Source: Crenotrichaceae bacterium (lineage in GTDB: Bacteria > Pseudomonadota > Gammaproteobacteria > Methylococcales > DRLZ01). From it: DNA of 24,000 nucleotides. A program made the position numbers and the translations under genes. Positions within the stretch are counted from its first letter, which is position 1. Each line of letters begins with the position of its first letter. The notes beneath the pieces are model-generated. The model did not search any database. It was not told where the DNA came from and was given only the letters and a program-made list of their open reading frames with translations. Below, in pieces: positions 9,934 to 17,617 of this stretch. Where the stretch lies: assembly GCA_011322755.1 (NCBI GenBank), contig DRLZ01000201.1, positions 3,021 through 27,020 of the forward strand, read 5' to 3'.

Positions 9934-10500
9934 ATGGGGGTTAAGTCAGATCGCTGGATTCGTAGAATGGCTCAGGAGCATGAGATGATATCGCCTTTTG
10001 AATCAGGACAAATTCGGAACAACGGATCAGAGCGAGTGATTTCCTATGGCACGTCAAGCTATGGATATGATGTTCGCTGTTCGGACGAATTCAAAATTTT
10101 CACCAATATTAATTCAGCTGTCGTTGATCCAAAAGACTTCGACTCACAAAGCTTTGTTGATTTAAAGTCCGATGTTTGTATCATTCCACCAAATTCATTC
10201 GCACTTGCAAGCACAGTAGAATATTTCCGGATACCGAGAGATGTTTTGACGATTTGCCTGGGAAAATCGACCTATGCACGTTGTGGCATTATTGTTAACG
10301 TTACCCCGTTGGAACCAGAATGGGAAGGTCATGTCACGCTGGAGTTTTCCAACACTACACCTCTGCCCGCACGGATTTATGCCAACGAAGGTGTCGCCCA
10401 AATGCTGTTTCTTGGCGCGGATGATATTTGTGAACAGTCGTATAAGGACAAAGGCGGGAAATATCAGGGGCAAACAGGTGTTACACTACCCAAAGCATAA
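9934..10500 (+). CDS. dcd: dCTP deaminase
   Basis: The 188-aa product closely follows the Pseudomonas/Neisseria-type Dcd pattern (SDRWIRRMA…[14 protein letters not shown]…[39 protein letters not shown]…GGKYQGQ). Confidence 0.93.
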   Translation: MGVKSDRWIRRMAQEHEMISPFESGQIRNNGSERVISYGTSSYGYDVRCSDEFKIFTNINSAVVDPKDFDSQSFVDLKSDVCIIPPNSFALASTVEYFRIPRDVLTICLGKSTYARCGIIVNVTPLEPEWEGHVTLEFSNTTPLPARIYANEGVAQMLFLGADDICEQSYKDKGGKYQGQTGVTLPKA

Positions 10501-10515
10501 TCACAGGTGGCATTT

Positions 10516-11352
10516 ATGGCAACGCATCAGCAAAAGACAATTCTTATCACCGGCTGTTCCAGCGGTATCGGGCTGGATTCAGCAAGACAGCTAAAAAGCA
10601 AAGGTTACCGTGTATTCGCGACAGCCCGTAAAACTGAGGATGTCGAGCAATTGCAGAACGAGGGTTTTGATGCACTGCAGCTCGATTTGCAGGACAGCAA
10701 AAGCATCCACAAAGCTGTTGCACAAGTGCTTGAAAAAACCAATGGACAGCTGGATGTTTTGTTTAATAACGGCGCAGTCGGCCAGCCTGGCGCTGTTGAG
10801 GATTTAACGCGTGATGTTTTACGCCAACAGTTTGAAATTAATTTGTTTGGTACACATGAGCTGACCAATCTGATCATACCGGTGATGCGCAAACAAGGAT
10901 ATGGCAAGATTTTATATACCAGTTCAGTACTCGGTTTTGTCGCCCTTAAGTATCGAGGCGCGTACAACGCTAGTAAATTCGCTCTTGAAGGTCTGGTTGA
11001 TACCCTGCGGTTGGAACTAAAAGGCACCCAGATTTATCCTGTACTGATCGAACCTGGTCCTATTCTTACAAAATTTCGTGAAAATGCTTTTCGTTTGTTT
11101 ACAGAAAATATTAATGTCAGTCAGAGTGCGCATGCGAAAATATATGAAGGACTAACTGAGAAGCTTGGAAGCGAAGGTCCTGTTGTTCCTTTTACTCTGG
11201 GGCCCGAAGCTGTTACCAAAAAAGTTATTACTGCACTGGATAGTTCCAAGCCATCTGCGCGTTACTATGTTACTTTTCCAACCTATTTGCTCGGTTATTT
11301 AAAGCGTCTTCTTCCTGATTTTTTACTCGATAAGGTTTTGTTAAAAATCTAG
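10516..11352 (+). CDS. Classical short-chain dehydrogenase/reductase (SDR) family oxidoreductase
   Basis: The product has TGCSSGIGL (TGxxxGxG), NNGA and the catalytic YNASK. I prefer the ATG at 10516, which is preceded by AGGTGG, over the GTG at 10507. Confidence 0.85.
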   Translation: MATHQQKTILITGCSSGIGLDSARQLKSKGYRVFATARKTEDVEQLQNEGFDALQLDLQDSKSIHKAVAQVLEKTNGQLDVLFNNGAVGQPGAVEDLTRDVLRQQFEINLFGTHELTNLIIPVMRKQGYGKILYTSSVLGFVALKYRGAYNASKFALEGLVDTLRLELKGTQIYPVLIEPGPILTKFRENAFRLFTENINVSQSAHAKIYEGLTEKLGSEGPVVPFTLGPEAVTKKVITALDSSKPSARYYVTFPTYLLGYLKRLLPDFLLDKVLLKI

Positions 11353-11367
11353 TTGAGCGTGTGTCTG

Positions 11368-11385
11368 ATGTTTCACGTGAAACAT
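11368..11385. repeat. Perfect palindrome ATGTTTCACGTGAAACAT (copy 1 of the TGTTTCACGTGAAACA motif)
   Basis: I read this directly from the sequence. It lies 16 nt after the SDR stop codon. The 16-bp core is 11369-11384. Confidence 0.95.
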
Positions 11386-11404
11386 TTATTGTATCCGTGA
11401 AGAT

Positions 11405-11431
11405 GTTTCCGTTGTTATCAACAACGGAAAC
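11405..11431 (+). terminator. Perfect 12-bp stem hairpin (GTTTCCGTTGTT-ATC-AACAACGGAAAC), possible terminator of the dcd-SDR unit
   Basis: I read the stem-loop directly. The downstream tract (TTACGTTTG) is only weakly U-rich. The stem termini, GTTTC…GAAAC, echo the neighbouring palindrome. Confidence 0.4.
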
Positions 11432-11690
11432 TTACGTTTGAAAAGTAAAAAATCTCGTGTCTAACAAACCATAAGGATTGTGATGCTGACTTTGAATTGA
11501 TGGGTGAATGGTACTCACTCTTCTTTCTGCTGTCCCGGTTATGGTTAAGTAACCGTTTCTAAATGCTGGCGCTTGACAGAAAAGCTTGCTAGCTGACAAA
11601 CTACGTTGCGCTTACCAAAAATATCATCGTTGTAATGATTGCTTTTGAACGCTTATTCACTTAATTCTTGAAATTCCCTCTCGTTTTACA

Positions 11691-12068
11691 ATGAACAAAA
11701 CCCCATCCATCGTTATTACTGTTAAGACTAGTTATCTTGAAAATGAATCACATCCTGACAAGTCACATTTTGTCTTCGCATATCAAATCTCGATTGAAAA
11801 TACCGGCAGGTCATCAGCGAAATTACTCGACAGACATTGGATAATCAGTGATTCAAATGGTCGAGATGTCACCGTAAGAGGTGAAGGTGTCGTTGGCGAA
11901 CAGCCAGAGCTGGAACCGGGTGCGGTGTTTACTTATACCAGCACTGCTGTTATTCAGACGCCTGTTGGGGTAATGAAAGGCCAATATCGCTGGATTACTG
12001 ATGAGCAGGAATACTTTTATACACAGATTCCACAATTCACACTTTCAATTCCACGAACCCTGCATTAA
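11691..12068 (+). CDS. apaG: ApaG (DUF525) protein
   Basis: The 125-aa product has the typical ApaG pattern (FVFAYQISIENTG…RHWIISDSNGR…VRGEGVVGEQPELEPG…FTYTS). apaH follows directly. Confidence 0.9.
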   Translation: MNKTPSIVITVKTSYLENESHPDKSHFVFAYQISIENTGRSSAKLLDRHWIISDSNGRDVTVRGEGVVGEQPELEPGAVFTYTSTAVIQTPVGVMKGQYRWITDEQEYFYTQIPQFTLSIPRTLH

Positions 12069-12077
12069 TCGTTACAG

Positions 12078-12893
12078 ATGACGCTCTATGCAATTGGTGA
12101 TGTGCAAGGTTGTTATTCTTGTTTGCAGCAGTTACTCGACAAAATCGAATTTAAGCGCAATCAAGATCAGCTATGGTTTGTGGGTGATCTGGTTAATCGT
12201 GGTCCAGATTCACTCGGTGTATTGCGCTTTGTCAAAAGTTTAGGCTCATCTGCAGTGACTGTGCTTGGCAATCATGATCTGCACTTAATAGCTACTGCAT
12301 ACGGATTCAAAAAATTAAAATCTCGTGACACAATCCAAACCATACTCGATGCTCCAGACTGTAGCGAATTAATTGACTGGCTGCGATATCAGCCACTGTT
12401 TCACGTGAAACAATCTTACTGCTTGGTTCATGCTGGCATTGCTCCTCAGTGGACGATTCATCAGGCAGGTCGTTACGCACAAGAGGTTGAAACAACCTTA
12501 AGAAGCGATCAGATTGCCGAATTTCTCAAGAATATGTATGGCGACAAACCTGATCGCTGGAATGAGAGTCTTAGTGGTTGGGAGCGATTGCGCTTTATTA
12601 CCAACGTTTTTACACGTATTCGCTATTGCACGATCGACGGGGCTTTGCAGATGAAAGCGAAACACTCTCCTGCTGACAATGACGATGAAAACATTATTCC
12701 CTGGTTTGAGGTCAATAACCGTCAGTCAGCAACTGCCACGATTATCTTTGGACACTGGTCAACGCTTGGGCTTCAGCATTACCCGCATGCCCTGTCCCTG
12801 GACACTGGTTGCGTCTGGGGACGGCGTTTAACAGCTATTCGCCTGAATAGCGAACAAAAAGTATTCCAGGTACATTGTGGACAGTCAGCTTAA
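12078..12893 (+). CDS. apaH: Bis(5'-nucleosyl)-tetraphosphatase, symmetrical (Ap4A hydrolase)
   Basis: The product has metallophosphatase motifs (GDVQGC, GDLVNRGPDS, GNHD, VHAG, GHW). It shows apaG-apaH synteny, convergent with folA as in E. coli. Confidence 0.93.
   Translation: MTLYAIGDVQGCYSCLQQLLDKIEFKRNQDQLWFVGDLVNRGPDSLGVLRFVKSLGSSAVTVLGNHDLHLIATAYGFKKLKSRDTIQTILDAPDCSELIDWLRYQPLFHVKQSYCLVHAGIAPQWTIHQAGRYAQEVETTLRSDQIAEFLKNMYGDKPDRWNESLSGWERLRFITNVFTRIRYCTIDGALQMKAKHSPADNDDENIIPWFEVNNRQSATATIIFGHWSTLGLQHYPHALSLDTGCVWGRRLTAIRLNSEQKVFQVHCGQSA
12397..12412. repeat. TGTTTCACGTGAAACA palindrome, copy 2 (inside the apaH coding sequence)
   Basis: I read this directly. It encodes …LFHVKQ… of ApaH. 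Confidence 0.95.
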
Positions 12894-12902
12894 AATCACC
12901 CA

Positions 12903-13394
12903 TCAGGCTGTTTTTTCTCGCTTAAACTCTAAAAATGAAAAGGCCGGGACACTCTCTTTGGCTGGATGATCCTCTCTACCTGTTTCGACCCATGATCCGT
13001 CTAATTCTGGAAACCAAACATCTCCATGATAGTCACGGTGTATTTTTGTCAGGTAAAGCTTATGGGCGAATGGCAGCACTTTCTGATAGACATCACTACC
13101 ACCAATAAACATGATCTCTGGTGTGAGCTGATGGTTGTTAAACACATCTTCAAGACTATGGGCAATCGTGCATCCAGCTGTGTCAAATGCTGGATTTCTA
13201 CTTAATACAATATTCTCACGGCCTGGTAATGGCCTTCCAAGTGACAGCCATGTGTTGCGGCCCATTACAATCGGTTTTCCGAGGGTTATCTTCTTAAAAT
13301 GCTTCAAGTCAGCAGAAATATGCCATGGCAATTGATTGTTGATGCCGATGACACGATTTGTTGACATGGCAACAATGATAGAAATGTTACCCAT
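12903..13394 (-). CDS. folA: Dihydrofolate reductase
   Basis: The 163-aa product has ISIIVAMSTNRVIGINNQLPWHISADLKHFKKITLGKPIVMGRNTWLSLGRPLPGRENIVLS, typical of type I DHFR. Confidence 0.95.
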   Translation of the reverse strand: MGNISIIVAMSTNRVIGINNQLPWHISADLKHFKKITLGKPIVMGRNTWLSLGRPLPGRENIVLSRNPAFDTAGCTIAHSLEDVFNNHQLTPEIMFIGGSDVYQKVLPFAHKLYLTKIHRDYHGDVWFPELDGSWVETGREDHPAKESVPAFSFLEFKREKTA

Positions 13395-13413
13395 GTGTTA
13401 TTGCTCGTTGTAA

Positions 13414-13429
13414 TGTTTCACGTGAAACA
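13414..13429. repeat. TGTTTCACGTGAAACA palindrome, copy 3 (20 nt upstream of the folA start codon)
   Basis: I read this directly. It lies in the folA leader or promoter region. Confidence 0.95.
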
Positions 13430-13670
13430 CTGTTGATATCCATAAATGAATGAGAGTATGCCAAGCTAAGCGCCAGTCGCGTTTCAGTGTACATTGTTGT
13501 TTCCAGGTAAATGTATGAACACCTGTTTGATGGAGGATTCAACACATTCTTTCAGCTTTGATTAATTTTCGATGTCATATGATACGTTATGATATGATCA
13601 GTTAACACTAATAAAGACCAGCCACAATTGTATTTCACCTGCGTACGGTCTATTTTCAGCGGAGAACATA

Positions 13671-14219
13671 ATGAACTTGCTAGATTTAATAATGAATGAT
13701 TCAAACAACCAGGTCGTTGGTCAGTTGGCTAAACGTGCTGGTGTTCCTGAAAGTGAAATAAGCAATATTCTTGCCCAAGCTATACCAGCTGTTTCTCGTG
13801 GTATGAAAGCTAAAATGTCGGATCAAAATGGACTTTCCAGCATCCTGGATATTTTGAAAGACAAACAGCCGGAACGCTATATAGAAAAACCTGAAGTATT
13901 GGCAACAGATAATAGTGTAATCGATGATGGTAATTCTATTCTAGGTCAGATTTTTGGCAACAAGGATACCAGCCGCGAAGTTGCATCACGAGTCGCCACT
14001 AAAACAGGAAGTAGTTCTGGCGTTGTTAAAATGCTGTTGCCAATCATTGCAAGTCTTGCGATGGGCGCATTAAGTAAAAAAAGTAATGCAGGTGCTGCTC
14101 AAGCTCAAGCAAGTCAATCATCAGGGATGATGGGTATGGTAAAGGATTTTATTGATGCTGATGATGATGGTAGTATCGTTGACGATTTGTTCACAATGGC
14201 GGCCAGACGATTCTTCTAA
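13671..14219 (+). CDS. DUF937-like domain protein
   Basis: The 182-aa ORF has GGAG upstream. The N-terminus (NLLDLIMNDSNNQVVGQLAKRAGVPESEISNILAQAIPAV) is related to the N-terminus of the 4865-5989 product. A hydrophobic segment is present (MLLPIIASLAMGAL). Confidence 0.6.
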   Translation: MNLLDLIMNDSNNQVVGQLAKRAGVPESEISNILAQAIPAVSRGMKAKMSDQNGLSSILDILKDKQPERYIEKPEVLATDNSVIDDGNSILGQIFGNKDTSREVASRVATKTGSSSGVVKMLLPIIASLAMGALSKKSNAGAAQAQASQSSGMMGMVKDFIDADDDGSIVDDLFTMAARRFF

Positions 14220-14274
14220 CGATATTTCCCATTGACTACTCAATTAGTAATTATTAAACGATAAGGAGAACATT

Positions 14275-14706
14275 ATGGGCTTATTTGATTTTGTATCGAA
14301 CATCGGCAACAATTTATTTAACAAAGATGAAGAAGCAGGTGAAAAAATACAGGCTTATATCGAGGAGCAAAATCCCGGTATCAACAACTTGACTGTTGCG
14401 TATAATGATGGGGCAGTTACATTAGGAGGACAGAGCGACTCATACGAAGCTGTGGAAAAAGCAGTGTTAATGGCTGGCAACGTCAAGGGTGTCAATGTTG
14501 TCCTCAACGAAGTTGCAGTCGATGAGCCACCAACAGAAAAGGTAGAGTATTACCTCATTAAATCGGGTGATACCTTGTCGAAAATTGCCAAACAATACTA
14601 TGGTAACGCCATGGATTACCCCAAGATTTTCGAAGCAAATCTGGAGGTCATTAAAGACCCTGACAAAATCTTTGTCGGTCAGAAAATTCGCATTCCTCTT
14701 GCTTAA
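14275..14706 (+). CDS. kbp: BON + LysM domain protein, Kbp/YgaU-like (potassium-binding protein family)
   Basis: The 143-aa product starts MGLFDFVSNIGNNLF…, as in E. coli YgaU/Kbp. It has a central BON-like region. The C-terminal LysM reads YYLIKSGDTLSKIAKQYYGNAMDYPKIFEANLEVIKDPDKIFVGQKIRIP. Confidence 0.85.
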   Translation: MGLFDFVSNIGNNLFNKDEEAGEKIQAYIEEQNPGINNLTVAYNDGAVTLGGQSDSYEAVEKAVLMAGNVKGVNVVLNEVAVDEPPTEKVEYYLIKSGDTLSKIAKQYYGNAMDYPKIFEANLEVIKDPDKIFVGQKIRIPLA

Positions 14707-14728
14707 GGAAATAACTGCCAAGTTTATC

Positions 14729-14754
14729 AAAGGGGTGAATCTTCACCCCTTTTC
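14729..14754 (+). terminator. Rho-independent terminator after kbp
   Basis: The structure is AAAGGGGTGAA-TC-TTCACCCCTTTT: a GC-rich stem followed by a T-tract, 23 nt after the stop codon. Confidence 0.75.
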
Positions 14755-14787
14755 AATACCTGTCACTTTCCATTCAGCGATGCCTAG

Positions 14788-15114
14788 ATTTATACAAGAG
14801 AGATAAAAAGGCTTACTTGTATTGCTTGTAGTAGTACCCTAGGAGTTATAAGAACAAGCGCACTCAAGGCATTAGAGGAATTTCCCAATACTGTTCCTGG
14901 TTTAATCGTTGCCGCTGGATATGGATTGGCATTTTATTTATGACGCATGAATATAAGAACACTGCTTGTAGGAATTATATATGCAGTTTGGTCGGGTGTA
15001 GCTCTCATATTTATCATCATCGCAGGTGTGTTTTTATACAAGGGAATACCAGGCGCTTTAGCAAAGTTGTTTTTTCATTCTGGTAACGCTGTGGTAATAA
15101 GTGATTGTCGCTGA
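14788..15114 (+). pseudogene. Decayed SMR-family (EmrE/SugE-like) small multidrug/guanidinium exporter gene
   Basis: The frame-1 translation reads …IACSSTLGVIRTSALKALEEFPNTVPGLIVAAGYGLAFYL*RMNIRTLLVGIIYAVWSGVALIFIIIAGVFLY…. This parallels the SMR pattern (…AEVIGTxxLKxSEGF…; …PxGxAYAxWSGxG…). The open frame is ~109 codons, the SMR size. It has no start codon, an in-frame TGA at 14941-14943, and Ser in place of the essential TM1 Glu. Confidence 0.5.
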
Positions 15115-15150
15115 TACAGGTGGCACTGATCCCTTGAAAATATAAAATGC

Positions 15151-15209
15151 TTGACAAGACTTTCAATATGTTCTTTAATTTCTGTAAAGACAGAAACTAA
15201 AGAACATAT
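15151..15209 (+). promoter_or_regulatory. Candidate promoter (TTGACA-17-TTTAAT) overlapped by a 19-bp imperfect inverted repeat (candidate autoregulatory operator)
   Basis: TTGACA is at 15151-15156 and TTTAAT at 15174-15179. The left arm ATATGTTCTTTAATTTCTG (15166-15184) pairs with CAGAAACTAAAGAACATAT (15191-15209) with one mismatch across a 6-bp spacer. The site is 36 nt upstream of the regulator ATG. Confidence 0.45.
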
Positions 15210-15244
15210 ATTGGCTATTCATACTTACTTAGAGAATATAGACA

Positions 15245-15778
15245 ATGAAGCTTACACCGTTCATGGAGCGTTTTATTTTGCATTGGGGTGAAATGGGTAC
15301 TCGCTGGGCTGTGAATCGTTCGGTTGCACAAGTACATGCGTTGTTATATTTATCGCCAAATCCCCTGCATGCCGAAGAAATTGTAGAAACATTAGGCTTG
15401 GCGCGTTCCAATGTATCAAACAGTTTGAAAGAGTTACAGAGCTGGGGACTTGTTAAAACAATACATGTGATTGGTGACCGCCGCGATCACTTCGAAGCGC
15501 TAAAAGATGTTCAGGAAATGTTTAATCGCGTAATTGAGGGACGGCGTAGACGCGAGATAGAACCAACGCTGACTTTGCTCAGAGATTTATCAATTGAGGC
15601 AGAATCAGATGAATCGGTTGACCCAGCTATGAAAAAGCAGATTGATGAGATGCTGGAATTTCTGGACACCATGACGACCTGGTATGACACCATTAGAAAA
15701 TTACCCAATAAAACATTAATGCAACTCGTCAAACTTGGAGACAAGGTGACAAAGCTACTTCGATTGACTCATGGATAA
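15245..15778 (+). CDS. GbsR/MarR-family winged-helix transcriptional regulator
   Basis: The 177-aa product reads FMERFILHWGEMGTRWAVNRSVAQVHALLYLSPNPLHAEEIVETLGLARSNVSNSLKELQSWGLVK…GDRRDHF. This matches the GbsR-type pattern (F.E..G..FE..G.PR…PLS..EI...L..S...VS…GDRR.Y). Confidence 0.8.
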   Translation: MKLTPFMERFILHWGEMGTRWAVNRSVAQVHALLYLSPNPLHAEEIVETLGLARSNVSNSLKELQSWGLVKTIHVIGDRRDHFEALKDVQEMFNRVIEGRRRREIEPTLTLLRDLSIEAESDESVDPAMKKQIDEMLEFLDTMTTWYDTIRKLPNKTLMQLVKLGDKVTKLLRLTHG

Positions 15779-15816
15779 TATCATCCAGGGGTGATTTAAA
15801 AAAATTTGATTCTATA

Positions 15817-15834
15817 TTACTGTAATTACAGAAA
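15817..15834. promoter_or_regulatory. Second copy of the TTnCTGTAAnnACAGAAA motif (contains the 12-bp palindrome CTGTAATTACAG)
   Basis: TTACTGTAATTACAGAAA here matches TTTCTGTAAAGACAGAAA at 15179-15196 at 15 of 18 positions. It lies 24 nt upstream of the SDR-DoxX start codon. Confidence 0.35.
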
Positions 15835-15857
15835 TTACACAAAATAAGGAAGTTGAA

Positions 15858-17144
15858 ATGAAAATATTACTCACCGGAGCATCCGGTTTTATCGGCCAGC
15901 ATTTGCTGATGGAATTAATCAATGCCAAACATCAGGTGATTGCATGTTGTCGCAACCCACAACGATTAAGACAGCGGTTTCCTGAGGTGGTCGTGTTGTC
16001 TGCTGATTATTCCAATATGACAGATGTGACAGACTGGCTTCCTTATCTGCACAACGTCGTTATCGTTATCAACGCGGTTGGTATTATTCAGGAATCAGCG
16101 AAACAGTCATTTGCCAATCTGCATGCAAATGCTCCAATTGCACTTTTTCAAGCCTGTGAGGCGGTGGGAACGAAAGTAATTCAGATTTCTGCTCTGGATG
16201 CAGGCAGCCAGCAAGCAACACGTTACCATGCCAGTAAGGGAATAGCAGATGAGTTGTTGCAATCACTGGCGATCGACTGGTTTATTTTCAGACCTTCCAT
16301 TGTTTATGGATCAGGCGCGAAGAGTATGGCGTTGTTCAGGGCGTTGGCTGCTTTGCCAGTTATTCCATTAGTTAGTGATGGAAAACAGCAGATCCAGCCT
16401 GTTTACATCGACGATCTGGTTGCCGCAATCTTACGCTGTGTCAATGATCAACGACCTACCAGACAGGTTGTTAATGCGGTCGGTCCGCAACCAATTGCTT
16501 TTGTCGATTTAATGGAAAAACTTGGGCAATGGCTTGGGAAAGTCAAGGTACACACGTTACCATCACCTGCCTGGACTGTTCCGCTGCTGGCTCCACTGGG
16601 ACGTTTAATCGGTGAACCCGCTTTGAATAGAGAATCCATTGCCATGTTACAACATGGTAATACAGCAGATGTCGAGCCATTTGCAAACCACTTAGGATAC
16701 CTTCCGAAACATATTGACCAGGTATTGCAGCACACCATTCCCACCCAGGCTGACCGTTGGCATGCCTATCTTTATTTTATGAAACCGACGCTGCGATTCG
16801 CCATCGCTGTTGTCTGGCTCTGGGCTGGCTGTGTATCAGCGTTCGTGTATCCGCTTGAAAACAGTTATCAAATGTTGGCACAGGTTGGTATTTCAGCAAC
16901 GCATGCCCCCATCGTTCTCTATTCAGCGTCAGCACTCGATTTTGCTTTGGGGATAGCTCTGTTGCTGAATTGGAGGCTACGCCAGGTTATCTATGCTCAA
17001 ATCGCAATCATGCTGATATATTCAGTGGTGATTAGTATCACGTTACCTGAATACTGGGCACATCCATTTGGCCCGATGATAAAAAATCTGCCATTGCTTG
17101 TGGCATTGTTGATTCTACTGATTCTTGAGGAACAAAAACCATGA
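15858..17144 (+). CDS. Atypical NAD(P)-binding SDR (epimerase/dehydratase-like) fused to a C-terminal DoxX-like 4-TM membrane domain
   Basis: The N-terminus is MKILLTGASGFIGQHL (Rossmann GxxGxxG) and YHASK is present. About 130 C-terminal residues form four hydrophobic helices (FAIAVVWLWAGCVSAFVYP…, LPLLVALLILLILE). Confidence 0.8.
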   Translation: MKILLTGASGFIGQHLLMELINAKHQVIACCRNPQRLRQRFPEVVVLSADYSNMTDVTDWLPYLHNVVIVINAVGIIQESAKQSFANLHANAPIALFQACEAVGTKVIQISALDAGSQQATRYHASKGIADELLQSLAIDWFIFRPSIVYGSGAKSMALFRALAALPVIPLVSDGKQQIQPVYIDDLVAAILRCVNDQRPTRQVVNAVGPQPIAFVDLMEKLGQWLGKVKVHTLPSPAWTVPLLAPLGRLIGEPALNRESIAMLQHGNTADVEPFANHLGYLPKHIDQVLQHTIPTQADRWHAYLYFMKPTLRFAIAVVWLWAGCVSAFVYPLENSYQMLAQVGISATHAPIVLYSASALDFALGIALLLNWRLRQVIYAQIAIMLIYSVVISITLPEYWAHPFGPMIKNLPLLVALLILLILEEQKP

Positions 17145-17614
17145 CTTATCTCACCTTGAAAACACTGCATGTATTGAGCATGGTGTTGTTATTTGGAACC
17201 GGGCTCGGCAGCGCATTTTACAAGTTTATGGCAGATCACTCTGGTGATGTGCGCTCGATCATGACCACCAACCGCCATGTGGTATTCGCTGACTGGTTGT
17301 TTACAACACCGACAATTATTATTCAACCAGTGACAGGCTATTTCATGCTCTCGCAAGCACATTTTCCAATAACAACACCCTGGTTGTTGGCATCAATTAT
17401 TCTGTTTTTGATCGCAGGTGCCTGCTGGCTGCCAGTAGTGGTATTGCAAATACGTATGCGCGATATCTCGGTACAAGCTGTCAGTCATCAAAAACCGCTA
17501 CCTGATCTCTATTTTCGCTACGCACGGATTTGGTTCTGGTTGGGTGTTCCTGCTTTTATTGCGATGCTGCTGATCGTCTATTTAATGGTTTATAAACCGG
17601 TTTTATGGGGTTAA
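17141..17614 (+). CDS. DUF2269-like integral membrane protein (4 TM)
   Basis: The 157-aa ORF overlaps the upstream gene by ATGA (start/stop overlap). The N-terminus, LTLKTLHVLSMVLLFGTGLG, is typical of the DUF2269 pattern as I remember it. Confidence 0.6.
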   Translation: MTYLTLKTLHVLSMVLLFGTGLGSAFYKFMADHSGDVRSIMTTNRHVVFADWLFTTPTIIIQPVTGYFMLSQAHFPITTPWLLASIILFLIAGACWLPVVVLQIRMRDISVQAVSHQKPLPDLYFRYARIWFWLGVPAFIAMLLIVYLMVYKPVLWG

Positions 17615-17617
17615 ACA

